DNA of 63,748 nt, filler included, from Octopus bimaculoides (lineage: Eukaryota): the NCBI RefSeq assembly GCF_001194135.2. It is 4 parts of 4 records of this genome, joined end to end, with 100 filler letters (N's around TTAATTAATTAA, not from the genome) between each part and the next. Parts side by side here need not be neighbours in the genome. Positions count along the whole stretch, not along the records: positions 47,298 to 63,748 come from NC_068985.1; 3 more parts are not named here. One strand, written 5' to 3'. Numbering within the stretch: the stretch's first letter is position 1; each line of letters opens with the position of its first letter. A model generated the notes under the pieces. The model was given only the letters and a program-made list of their open reading frames with translations. It ran no database searches and was not told the origin of the DNA. The position numbers and the translations under genes are program-made. This document shows, in pieces, positions 52,725 through 63,748 of this stretch.

Positions 52725-54302
52725 AGTGATTACATCGAAAGCTGCTCAGGATAAAATGTAGCATTTCCAGCTGTTGTTTCTGCTGCTACCACCACCTTCA
52801 TTATTATCACTGATGTAGTCGTCATCATCATGATCGTCACCGCTATCATCGTCGTCATTGATGTCGTCTCCAGATACCAAGCTTACTTACATAAAGGCAT
52901 TCTACTCAGTCTCTTTACTGTTCAAACTTCTCTATGTGCATATAGATAAATATAGAGATTGTATTCTTAGATGTTAACGTGCGAGTGCGTCTACGTTTGT
53001 GTGTGTTTCTATGTATCTGAGTCAACTATAACTTGATTGTATGATTTTTAAATATTTGGAGCATCAACTGCATAAATCATATTTTATCGACTTCAGAGTC
53101 GGACATAGATAAACAGAGTCAATGCTACAGAGACTATTTTCCCCTTCATCCTTTCAGGGTCAATAAGTACTAATAATATATTTGTGAGAGGTCGGTTCAC
53201 TCACTCTGCTAACCTCCCCACCACCACCACCACCTCCTCCTCTAAATTCATTGCTTTTTCACCTAGTGAAATATAAATCAATTTTGGTAATCCTAAAGAA
53301 ATCTTATCTTCTTTAAAACCTTTTGTCCTGCCAAAGTTATGATAAATAAACATTAGTTCTATTACAAAGAAAAAGCAAAAAGAAGAATGAAAAGAACTAT
53401 TCTTTCTTCTGGAGTACTTGCAGACTCTTCAACAGTTCAAGCCTACTTCACTTGAGAGACTTATATAACACTGCATGAAAGTACCATCTACTTTTATCCG
53501 CTGATAAAAATCATTCTTTTCGTTATATTTTGAAGGAGTTACTGTCTACGTCTTGTTCTTGAGGTTATCATCTGTTGTCGATGCTAGAACTCCGATGGCC
53601 GCCTCTGTTTTATTCTTTCCACTATTCGACATTCAATTTCATTTCGAAAACATCTGGAAATTTTGTTGTACATTTTGCTTTTGTTGGGGTTGTCTCCTCT
53701 TGAATATATTTTGTTGGGGTTTGATTTGGTATAAGTGTGTGTGCATGTGAGTATATTTTTGGTGTTGCTTGACTTGTGTATATTTTACTCTGTGTAAGTG
53801 TGTGCGCACGCGCGCGTGTTCACGTGCGAGCGTGTGTGCTATTTATATAGTATGAATATATAATTTTCACCTTCACATCGATTCCACTAAATATCGATCG
53901 CAATATACCCATAAGAATTAGATGCTCCAACACCTCGTGGAATGCAGAGCAGGAGTTCATTCGTAAAATTACTAAAATATAAATACCTTCTACCATTCTT
54001 GTGTCTGTGTGTGCATTTACAGAAAACAATTCGTTCATTTTAGCCTTTCCCTCTTCGTCTGGATCGCAGTCTTAGTGTGTGTGTGTGTGGATGTGCGAGG
54101 CATATATTTCATTTTCTGCGTACTATATTCATGTCTTCTAAATCGTCCATGTTACGACTACCTTTGCACATCTTGTGAAACATGTGTTAGTGGTGATTTG
54201 AATTCCTTTACAAGTTTTCTTCATGAGGAAGCTATGTATGTATGTATGTATGTATGTATCTATGTATCTATGTATGTATGTATGTATGTATGTATGTATG
54301 TA

Positions 54303-54607
54303 TATCCGGGCGTTGTGAAAACACCTAAAAGCTCCATGAGGCTCCGGCAGGGGAAGGTGGCGAACCCTGCTGTACTCTTCCACCACAACTCTCTCTCACT
54401 CTTACTTCCTGTTTCTGTTGTGCCTGTAATTCAAAGGGCCAGCCTTGTCACACTGTGTCACACTGAATATCCCCGAGAACTACGTTAAGGGTACACGTGT
54501 CTATGGAGTGCTCAGCCACTTGCACGTTAATTTCACGAGCAGGCTGTTCCGTTGATCGGATCAACTGGAACCTTCGTCGTCGTAAGCGACGGAGTGCCAA
54601 CAACAAC
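54303..54607 (+). mobile_element. Family C SINE, 5'-truncated
   Basis: Begins at CCGGGCGTTGTG after (TATG)n and ends GTGCCAACAACAAC. Confidence 0.9.
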
Positions 54608-55039
54608 ACGTCTGTATATAAGCATGTATGAATGAATGAATGCAATATTCTATCATCCCACGTATTAATTACAGTAAATAGATAACTACATAGTCTTTTA
54701 TAAATGGTTATGGTGTCACTAAACGACTAAGATTTGTTTTATTGATTTTGATCAAATAGGTGTTGTAGCGTTCAGCTTTTTCTAAAAAGCTTTAACGCTT
54801 TAAATGCATTGATGAAACAGTTGCAAATCAATACAGATTGCTTAGCCAGATTACTTTGTGCACAATGATGGGTGTCACATCGTACTGTGTGTATTTAGAG
54901 TTCGTTCACAGAAAACCTGCGTAGTTTTTATGATTTACAACTTAGGCTAGTCCGACTTGATTGTTTCTGAGATACTAAGACTGGCAATTGATTTTGGTTG
55001 GAGAATGGCGACGAATAAATAGTAAGAGTAAAAACAGGA

Positions 55040-55102
<63 letters not shown>

Positions 55103-55404
55103 NNNNNNNNNNNNNNNNNNNNNNNNNNNNNNNNNNNNNNNNNNNNNNNNNNNNNNNNNNNNNNNNNNNNNNNNNNNNNNNNNTATGTTACTGATGATGA
55201 TAATGATGATGAAGATGATGATGATGATGATGATGATGGCCGCGATGATGGCGATGATGGCGATAATGCTTTTGATTATATTTTGATGCTGCTAGCTGTT
55301 ATTGTTACATAATTTAATGATTCAATAAACTTTCAGCTTCAATTTTGATTTCGTTCACATCACTAAAGAAAGCTTAACACTGAAAATATAAATGAGAGCG
55401 ATAT

Positions 55405-55556
55405 ACAGGAGTGGCAATGTGGTGAGAAATTTGATTCCAAGCCACATGGTTCCAGGTTCAGTCCCACTACGTGGCACTTTGGGCAAATGTCTTCTACTAT
55501 AGCCACGGGCTGACCAAAACCTTTGCGAGTGGATTTGGTTGATGGAAACTGAAAAA
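55405..55556 (+). mobile_element. Family B SINE 5' module
   Basis: CAGGAGTGGC...CCACATGGTTCCAGGTTCAGTCCCAC...GGAAACTGAAA. Confidence 0.85.
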
Positions 55557-55564
55557 GGCAGAGA

Positions 55565-55668
55565 TCTGGCAGAAACGTTAACACGCCGGACAAAATTCTT
55601 AGCGGTATTTCGTCTGCCGCTAGGTTCTGAGTTCAAATTCCGCCGAGGTCGACCTTGCCTTTCATCGT
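55565..55668 (+). mobile_element. Family A SINE 5' half fused behind the family B module
   Basis: CTGGCAGAAACGTTAACACGCCGG...GAGTTCAAATTCCGCCGAGGTCGAC. Confidence 0.85.
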
Positions 55669-55968
55669 TCAGCGTTCCGTTTAAATTTCATCCAGCCAAC
55701 AACAACATAATCATGCCCCAACCTTTCAGCACTTAGACAAAAACATGAACACAAACGTGGGAGAAGCTATAACATCACATGACCCGAGCTACAGGCCTCA
55801 GTGATTCTGCTCGGGGTTCGAATCGTACTAGATCGTCTTTGTCTGCTATCCTTCTTAAAATCGATAGTTTAAGTGCCTGCTAATGTTAGTTGTGGCAAAT
55901 GAATTAATTTCCTATTTCCGTCTTCAGAAATATTGGCCTCGTGCTCAAGAAAGAAATCAATATATGCA

Positions 55969-55969
<1 letters not shown>

Positions 55970-56038
<69 letters not shown>

Positions 56039-56104
56039 GGTGGTGGTGATGAAGGTGGTGGTGGCACTGGCGGCGGGGGCAGCAGCAGCAGCAGTAGCAT
56101 CAGC

Positions 56105-56156
<52 letters not shown>

Positions 56157-56270
56157 AGTTATTAAAAGTTGAGAGTGATAACGAGGGTGATAATGATGAT
56201 GATGATGACGATGACCTCATTGAAGGTGATGATAATGATGATGGTGATTAATAATGAAGGTATAATAAAG
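55970..56270. repeat. (AGT)n/(GGT)n/(GAT)n trinucleotide tract
   Basis: Directly visible; source of the poly-S/G/D ORF 55883-56251. Confidence 0.9.
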
Positions 56271-57090
56271 GTTGGTTAATACTTATTCATGATTGAAATA
56301 ATTATAATTCAGTGCTTAATGCGGTAATAGTAGTAGTATTGGTGCAACGGTGAGAGTGGCGGCAGCTGAAGAGTCGGTGATGGCTGCGACGATAGTAATG
56401 GTATTATGGCAATCATGACATCTGGATGTTTCTTAGAAATATAAACAACTGGATTGTTTTTATATTTTACCTCGAAAACGAAAGGCAATGGTCATAGCCA
56501 TAGCAAACTATCCCAGACTGATGAGCTTCAATTTGAACTTTTGTAGTTTGATGCTTTTAGAGAAAATGTGAGCGGAGAAATCTGTTGTGGAGGGTTTACA
56601 GAACTAAGATGATAGGTGAAAAGCTATAGTAGACTATTTGGGAAGTGAGACACTAGTTATGATGATAGGAATAAGAGCAAGGACATTTGGATGAGGAGAA
56701 TAGACAGTTTTCTTATTTCTTTATTGGACCTGCGCGCACATTCGAATCATTTAACCTATTAACTAATTAATTAATTTACCTGCGTATATACGCTTCTATG
56801 ATATGTATACAATCGTAGAATGGCACTAGCTGTAATATTTATCTCAAAGAAACATCCAAAAGAGTTTTTTTATGTTAAAAACGCATGGTTTCGCTCAGAT
56901 CTCCGGTGGAACGCCAAACGGTGTTTCGATCTGGTCTCCTCGGTGACGAATATCCTGGATGATCTAAGCCAAGTCGAAAATTATTTGTTCCGATATATAG
57001 AAATCTTCAGACAAAGTATTCACTGATATCTACGAGATAGACCTTAAAGTTTATACTGTTCCGTGTTTGTATACATATAAATGGGTACAT

Positions 57091-57402
57091 GTGGAGGCGC
57101 AATGGCCCAGTGGTTAGGGCAGCAGACTCGCGGTCGGAGGATCGCGGTTTCGATTCCCAGACCGGGCGTTGTGTGTGTTTATTGAGCGAAAACACCTAAA
57201 GCTCCACGGAGCTCCGGCAGGAGGTGGTGGCTATCCCTGTTGTACTCTTTCGCCTCAACTTTCTCTTACTCTTTCTTCCTGTTTCTTGAGTAACGCTGTG
57301 ATGGACTGGCGTCCCGTCCAGCTGGCGGGGGGGGGGGACACATACGCCAAAGACACCTGGAAACCGGGCCCATGAGCATGGCTAGGCTTTAAAAGGGCGC
57401 AT
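57091..57402 (+). mobile_element. Chimeric SINE: family C head/body with V-domain-type tail, full length
   Basis: C head and body to CCTGTTTCTTGAGTAAC, then GATGGACTGGCGTCCCGTCCAG...AAAAGGGCGCAT and an A-rich tail; degenerate 12-bp TSD AAATGGGTACAT / AAATGCGTGCAT. Confidence 0.92.
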
Positions 57403-58395
57403 AAAAAATAAATAAAATAAAAATGCGTGCATACTGGTATTTCAATTTAGGCTGTTTCAAGTGCGCATATTAATTTAGCTAATTAATTTCTTTTATTTCA
57501 TAATGTTTTTTTCTTGTTTGAAATTCTGCAGCAAAATGATAAATTAAAAACACGATCCTATTTATTACTTTCGTTTTTATAATTCTGAGCTCAAATTCTG
57601 CATTGATCCACGTTGCCTTTTTGTATTTCCGGGCCGAATAAATAAAAGCAGCAATTTAATCATTATTTATAAATATCACTTGATATTGGAATTCTAAGGA
57701 TAATTTTCTGGGAGCATAGAATGCTTTCTAGCTTCCTATTTAGGTACCTCCCTTTCATTTTCTATCATCCCTGTCGTCCTCCATTTTCCTCTTCGTCTTT
57801 CTCTGTTTATCTAGAAAATTCCCTGCTCATATATCTAGCTGTACTATTTTCTCATTTCTCAATCTTCATTCTGTTCGTCTATATTATCTGTCCGCTATAT
57901 CACTTGTCTGTCTACCATGTCTACTTCTCTATTGTTGCCCACATACTTTAACCAATTCAGTTTGTTTGCCGATCTTTATTTTTTTTTTTTTCCTGTCCAC
58001 TCATTTTTCATGAGATATGTCTGTCTACGAATTTATCTTAGTCTGCTGATCTGTTTTGCCATGGATGTCAACACCTATCTACCGTTTTCTTTAGTGTGTT
58101 TGCTGATCTATCTTGTTAGTTTGTCAGTCTGTCTTCTTTTATCTGTCTATGTCTTTCTGTCTCTCACTATACCTCTATCTCTTCTTCTCTCTCTCTTTCT
58201 CTCACTCTTCTCCTATATATGATGTCCTGTTTGTCTCTGATCTTAAACAATCCACCAGCGTTCCATTTAAATTTCATCCAGACACACACAGTTGGAGGCG
58301 AATATGTTTACTGTGTCCGCTGCAATCGATTGTAATCTAATTTCCTGCTCATCTTACCATCTAATGCCGTTTTATATACATGTATGCATATATGT

Positions 58396-58442
<47 letters not shown>

Positions 58443-58588
58443 CGAGCGTGCGCATGCGCGCGCGCGTGTGTATCTATAAGAGTATGTGTGCGTGAATATA
58501 CATGCACACAATATATATATTCGCATACGCACATACATATTTTAATCATTTAAGATTGTATATATTTATAACTTTCTCCTTCTCTCCG

Positions 58589-58623
<35 letters not shown>

Positions 58624-58821
58624 CATATTTAAATACACATACATACACACACATATATACGTACATTATATATATATATATATAAGAAAAAGAGATGATG
58701 ACAGAATAAACGTATATCCTACGAACTTCATTTGTTTACAGCTGTTTCCGCCATAAGATGCGGTGTATTCATTATTGAGTACCTGAGTAAACACCTTATA
58801 GGTGTGTGTATACATATGTAT

Positions 58822-58855
<34 letters not shown>

Positions 58856-58941
58856 NNNNNNNNNNNNNNNNNNNNNNNNNNNNNNNNNNNNNNNNNNNNN
58901 NATATATATATATATATATTAATTAATACAGAAACAGATAA

Positions 58942-58995
<54 letters not shown>

Positions 58996-59566
58996 GTACT
59001 TTTTGCACTAATTCTATACTTGATTTCCAGTGGTACAGCAAGCGTGCATAAGTTGAAATAGCTATGTATGTGTGTCAGTATGTATGTATGTATATATGTA
59101 TGTATGTGTGTGTGCGTGCGTGGATTGATGGATGCATGGATGCATGGATATATATGCATGGATGCATGTGGGTATGTATGTATCGAGCTCTTTCGGTTAT
59201 TACATTTATGCTTATTATGCGCTTCGCAAGTTTCTCTCAATGAAATGTACTTTCACATCTATACCCACATATTTTCTATCTTCCCGAAATCCTTTTGAGA
59301 AAACCTAGGACGTTGTAACATTTATGCATTACGGAAGAATAACATAGATCTGTGGAATCGTCCCAGTTATAAATAGACACCTGTTCACGAAATCTTTATG
59401 AACATATTTTATTGTTCCAAGTAGTCAAATATATGTGTATGCAATCAATGTATTTATGTCTCCAAAATCCTGAAGAGTTCATGTGTAACAATGTATAGAT
59501 CATATTTCGTAGCTTTTGGCGAATGAGATATAAATATCACTTTGGATATCTTTCTACTCTATTTTT

Positions 59567-59799
59567 CTCTTTTACTTGTTTCAGTCATTTGACTGTGGCC
59601 ATGCTGGAGCACCGCCTTTAGTCGAGCAAATCGACCCCAGGACTTATTCTTTGTAAACCTAGTACTTATTCTATCGGTCTCTTTTGCCGAGCCGCTAAGT
59701 TACGGGGACGTAAACACGCCAGCATCNNNNNNNNNNNNNNNNNNNNNNNNNNNNNNNNNNNNNNNNNNNNNGGGGGGGGACAAACACACACACAAACAT

Positions 59800-59836
<37 letters not shown>

Positions 59837-60010
59837 TATATACATATACACGACGGGCTTCTTTCAGTTTCCGTCTACCAAATCCACTCACAAGGCTTTG
59901 GTCAGCCCAAGGCTATAGTAGAAAACACTTGCCCAAGGTGCCACGCAATGGGACTGAACCCAGAACCATGTGGCTGGTAAGCAAGCTACGTACCACACAG
60001 CCACCCTTAC
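59567..60010 (-). mobile_element. Family B SINE, full length (gap inside)
   Basis: Both modules close to consensus, with a (CA)/(TA) internal spacer. Confidence 0.92.
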
Positions 60011-60364
60011 GCGTTGAAAATTCATAGAGCGCCTAAGGTGAATTTAGCTTCTGTCATCCTACTATAGTTGAAACAAGTAGTAGTCAGGTACTGGAATCAA
60101 ACCAATGTATTGCACCTTACCCTATAAATCTATCCTCAAACACACGTACACGTTTTGCTGAGAAAGAGAGGAAGGGAGATCAAGTCGATCAAATCAGAGC
60201 CAGTTTTTGACTTGTGCATGTTTTATATCTAACGTTCAGAAATGAAAAGCGAAGCCGGCTGACAGGATTTGAAGTCAAACCCAGAATGATACTTCCTACG
60301 GCGTGCCATCCACCTCTTTCGCCATTTTAATTGTAACGATTTATAAAAGTGGTGGATGGTAGAA

Positions 60365-61120
60365 ATAAGTAGAGCGCAGGGCAGAAATTTCTTGCAGTAT
60401 TTAATTATGTTCTTTACTTTCAAAATTAAAATCTAGCCAAAATTGACTTTGTCTTTCATCTCTTCAGAATCGAAAAAATTGTAAGTAATATACTAATAGT
60501 CGATTCAATCAGCACTACTCCTCTCCTATAAATGTATGATTTTGTGTCAGTGTAAGAAATCGATAATATTGATAATCAGGTCTAACATTAATATATTGAT
60601 TTCTAACATGGCAACAATAATGCTAATATTCTTCTGTATTCTTAACATCAGTCATGTGTTTAAATTTGCTGCTGCGCGTGTTTCGTTGTGCTTTTGAGAA
60701 TGGACACTAACCCAACATGTCTTAGATTACTTAGCTGCCGGAAATCGGTACCAGATTTCATAGGAAAAGGTCACTAAGGCTGCTAATCCATTGGCGAATA
60801 CCTAAGATCACGAAAGGTAAAAAAGAAAAATATATACATATATCGACTGAAATTGCAATAATGCGCAAAATAAATCAATATTTTTATTTTATTCATCTTA
60901 TTTGATATATAGAGAGGGTGGAGAATAGTTGAGTTAGTAAAAACACCAGACAGAATATTTGGCAGTATTTACGTTACTTTATGTTCTGAGTTCAAATCCA
61001 TCCTGATAGACTTTTCTTTTCATCTTGCCGAGGTTGATAAAACAAGTCAAATACAGAACAGGATCGATTCAATCAGCGGTTCCCGCCCACAAAATATGTG
61101 ACCTTCTGCCAAAGTTACAA
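60365..61120 (+). mobile_element. Two old family A SINE remnants (about 60365-60560 and 60915-61120)
   Basis: GACTTTGTCTTTCATC and TCTGAGTTCAAAT...TTTCATC...GATCGATTCAATC motifs. Confidence 0.65.
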
Positions 61121-61363
61121 ATTAATCTTATTTAATATGTGATCATGCGTGTATAAAGTTCCCCTCGCTCTACCAATCATTTCTAAAGCAACACATTAAT
61201 CTATTTAAACACATATTGTCGAATGCTGTCATTGCATTTCATTATTTTCAGCCAATTTCCAAAAATTCTTCTTTAAATTTAAACCAGCTTATGCCACATT
61301 TCCCAAACACTTAACAAAATAAAATGACTCCTATTTTTCACCAAATTAGTGCTGTTCCTGGTC

Positions 61364-61412
<49 letters not shown>

Positions 61413-61473
61413 CTGCATTCAAGACTGTTTTTCAATTGATTAATTTCTTGATTGATTGATCTTTTTACCTCAG

Positions 61474-61515
61474 AAAACAGACATTAGATCACTTTTGAGA
61501 GAGGATGGGTTCTGT
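61474..61515 (+). other. Candidate 42-nt coding micro-exon (KTDIRSLLREDGFC), gene unknown
   Basis: Acceptor TTGATCTTTTTACCTCAG, donor GTAAGT, length a multiple of 3, only frame 0 open. Confidence 0.35.
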
Positions 61516-61961
61516 GTAAGTTTACTACAGGTAGTATTCAACTACTTTCTTATAGCCCATAAGTTGATTTCAGCCTTCCACGACGAAACAGAAAGTCAGC
61601 TAGTGCCCATGTTACACACTATGTTAACATAGTCTTCTCAGTTCACCAACGTATTCTTCATACGTACAGTAGTCGAAATCAATGTATGATAAATATTATT
61701 GACAGGCACAAACCATCAGAACTTACGTTTAGTATACCTACATTTGCCCGAATATGATATTATCAGTTGGTTATCATCTTTTTTGGAACTGAAAAATTCT
61801 TCCTTTCTCCCATTTATTATGATTTTTTCTTTTCTTTTCTTTTATCAAATGGATTGAATAAAGTTACTTTAAGATATTTTATATAGTCTAACAATTTATG
61901 AGCAAATCTCAACAAGGCTGGAATTTGCTTTTTCATTTTTACATTTATTATTATAACACAA

Positions 61962-62171
61962 GGTGCCGAGCTGGTAGGATCGTCAGCACGCAGGGTAAAA
62001 TGCTTAGCATTTCTTCCGTCTTTACGTTCTGAGTTCAAATTCCGCCGAAGTCGACTTTGTATCTCATCTTTTCAGTGTTGATAAAATAAGTACTAGTTGA
62101 GCTCTGAGGTCGATGTAATTGGCTATCCACCGCCTCCAAAAATTTCAGGCCTCGTACTTATAGTAGAAAGG
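61962..62171 (+). mobile_element. Family A SINE
   Basis: GGTGCCGAGCTGGTAGGATCGTCAGCACG head and full body. Confidence 0.9.
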
Positions 62172-62561
62172 CTAATTAATACGATAACGGAGTGAAAAAT
62201 TGGACAGAAATGCTACAAGTCAGGTAAAGTGATGCAGTATATTTGAGACTAATCTATTGCTACAAATCTTTGACCTTCTACTAATGGCAGAGGTCAGTTT
62301 CACACTTACAAGGCCTGTATGTTAGACTAAATACTTAGCAATATTTAGTGTTCTCGTTTTGTTTGAATTGTTTTGTTTATCTTTTCGTTAAAATCTCACT
62401 AGAATTGGCTTTGCATCTGATCTCTCGAGGCTTGAGTAAGCATCAGTATTTTAATCTACATACAACCGACTATTATAGTCTTCCTGGCAAATATGAGCTT
62501 TGAGACTCGTCATTCTGCTACTCGTGCCAGTAGCAGAAAGAATTATTAGTAATATCATGAT

Positions 62562-62745
62562 GGCGGCGAACCGACAGAATTGTTAGAGCGTTCGGAAGAA
62601 ACAATATCTTGAAGTGCTTCTTCTGGTTTCTAGTTCTGAGTTAAATTCCTGCTGAGGTCAACTTTACCGTTCATCCTTTCGGGAGTCTATAAAATAAAGT
62701 AGGATTCAAGTTCTGTGGCCCATGATATCAACTAACTCCGTCTCC
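62562..62745 (+). mobile_element. Old family A SINE
   Basis: GGCGGCGAACCGACAGAATTGTTAG...TTCTGAGTTAAATTCC...TTCATCCTTTCGGG. Confidence 0.75.
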
Positions 62746-63443
62746 TCAATATTGCTTGTCTATTTGTAATATGTCACTGAACGCTAAATTTCTTGATTTG
62801 ACGCTTCGTCCTTCTTGACAATAAACGTCTGTTTGTTAATTACCTTAACGACATTTTCTTTACTCCTGTGTGAGTCCGTTTCTTTTCTTTGCTTTTTTGT
62901 GCATTTTTATTTTGTTTTGTTTGTTTTTTCCCTGAGATTATTCTAATGACTAGTATAAACTGATTGANNNNNNNNNNNNNGGGGGGGGGGGGAAGTAGTA
63001 ACGTTTTACTACGAAAACTAGAATCATTGACGGCAAGAAGTTGTAATTGTCTCAACACGCCATTTTTTTTTTTTATACTCGACTGATACTATATAATTAT
63101 ATTACTTTTATCGAGTAAAAAACATATTGAACCCGATACTGTTTGCACTCAAATCAATGATAGATGAATACTGAAGAATACTGATGATGTTTATTCAGTT
63201 CAAGTTGTAAAAATAATATCGAGTCAGACGAAAGTTGTGGTGTTCCTGATTCAGTACTATTTCAGCAATCTGTTAATAGTCTATGCTGTAGTTGTTCAAC
63301 ACACTGTTGCTTTGCTCTAGATTATTCTAGATCTAAACGGTCTATAATCAAAGATGAAAGGCATTACAACCATAATCATCCATATTTAAGTGCGCGCGTG
63401 TGTGTGTGTGTGTGCGTGTGTGTATATGGATTGTATGCAAGAC

Positions 63444-63676
63444 TGAGCAAGACACTTTATTTCACGTTGTTCCAGTCTACTCAGCTAGCAAAAATGAGTA
63501 GTATCTGTAATTTAAAAGGATCGGCCTTGTCGCATTCTGCGTCACGCTGAATCTCTCTGTGACCTACGTTAAGGGTTCGAGTGTCTGTGGAGTGCTCAGC
63601 CACTTGCACGTTAATTTCACGAGTAGGCTATTCTGTTAGTCGGAACAAATGGAACCCTCGTGGTCGACGGAGTGTC
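63444..63676 (+). mobile_element. Chimeric SINE: family D CORE-like body with family C long tail (5'-truncated, diverged)
   Basis: TGAGCAAGACACTTTATTTCACGTTGTTCCAGTCTACTCAGCT (D body), then CTGTAATTTAAAAGG...GTCACGCTGAAT...CTACGTTAAGGG...GACGGAGTG (C tail). Confidence 0.8.
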
Positions 63677-63707
63677 ATATATATATATATATATATATGT
63701 ATGTATA

Positions 63708-63748
<41 letters not shown>

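Noticed and set aside
55883-56251. Ser/Gly/Asp-rich 122-aa ORF
   Set aside because: Pure trinucleotide repeats with no unique coding context or splice support

Overview
Repeat-dense eukaryotic non-coding DNA with roughly 4 kb of N gaps. The SINE families, microsatellite load and TTAATTAATTAA gap linkers suggest an octopus (cephalopod) draft assembly; this is an inference. No intact host protein-coding gene is recognisable, and nearly all long ORFs in the track are microsatellite or N artefacts. Supported content: (1) dozens of tRNA-derived SINEs in several modular families, labelled here A, B, C and D (my labels; correspondence to the published octopus OK/OR1/OR2 SINEs is unverified); (2) hAT-type MITEs, one with perfect TIRs and an 8-bp TSD; (3) decayed retrotransposon coding fragments: two CR1/L2-like LINEs, a Tx1/L1-like 3' end, an RLE-type (R4/NeSL/CRE-like) endonuclease end, and two Penelope-like elements (a YVDD RT fragment and a thumb plus GIY-YIG fragment); (4) a probable decayed DNA transposase; (5) many micro- and minisatellites. 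Most interesting observations: all four combinations of two SINE bodies and two SINE tails, three of them with TSD-flanked copies; a spacerless ~200-nt SINE foldback hairpin; an RLE endonuclease ORF starting exactly at a strong splice acceptor (possible exonisation); degenerate minimal hammerhead-like motifs in direct repeats upstream of the Penelope-like fragment; and a clean 42-nt candidate micro-exon. I found no evidence for a wholly new protein-coding system.
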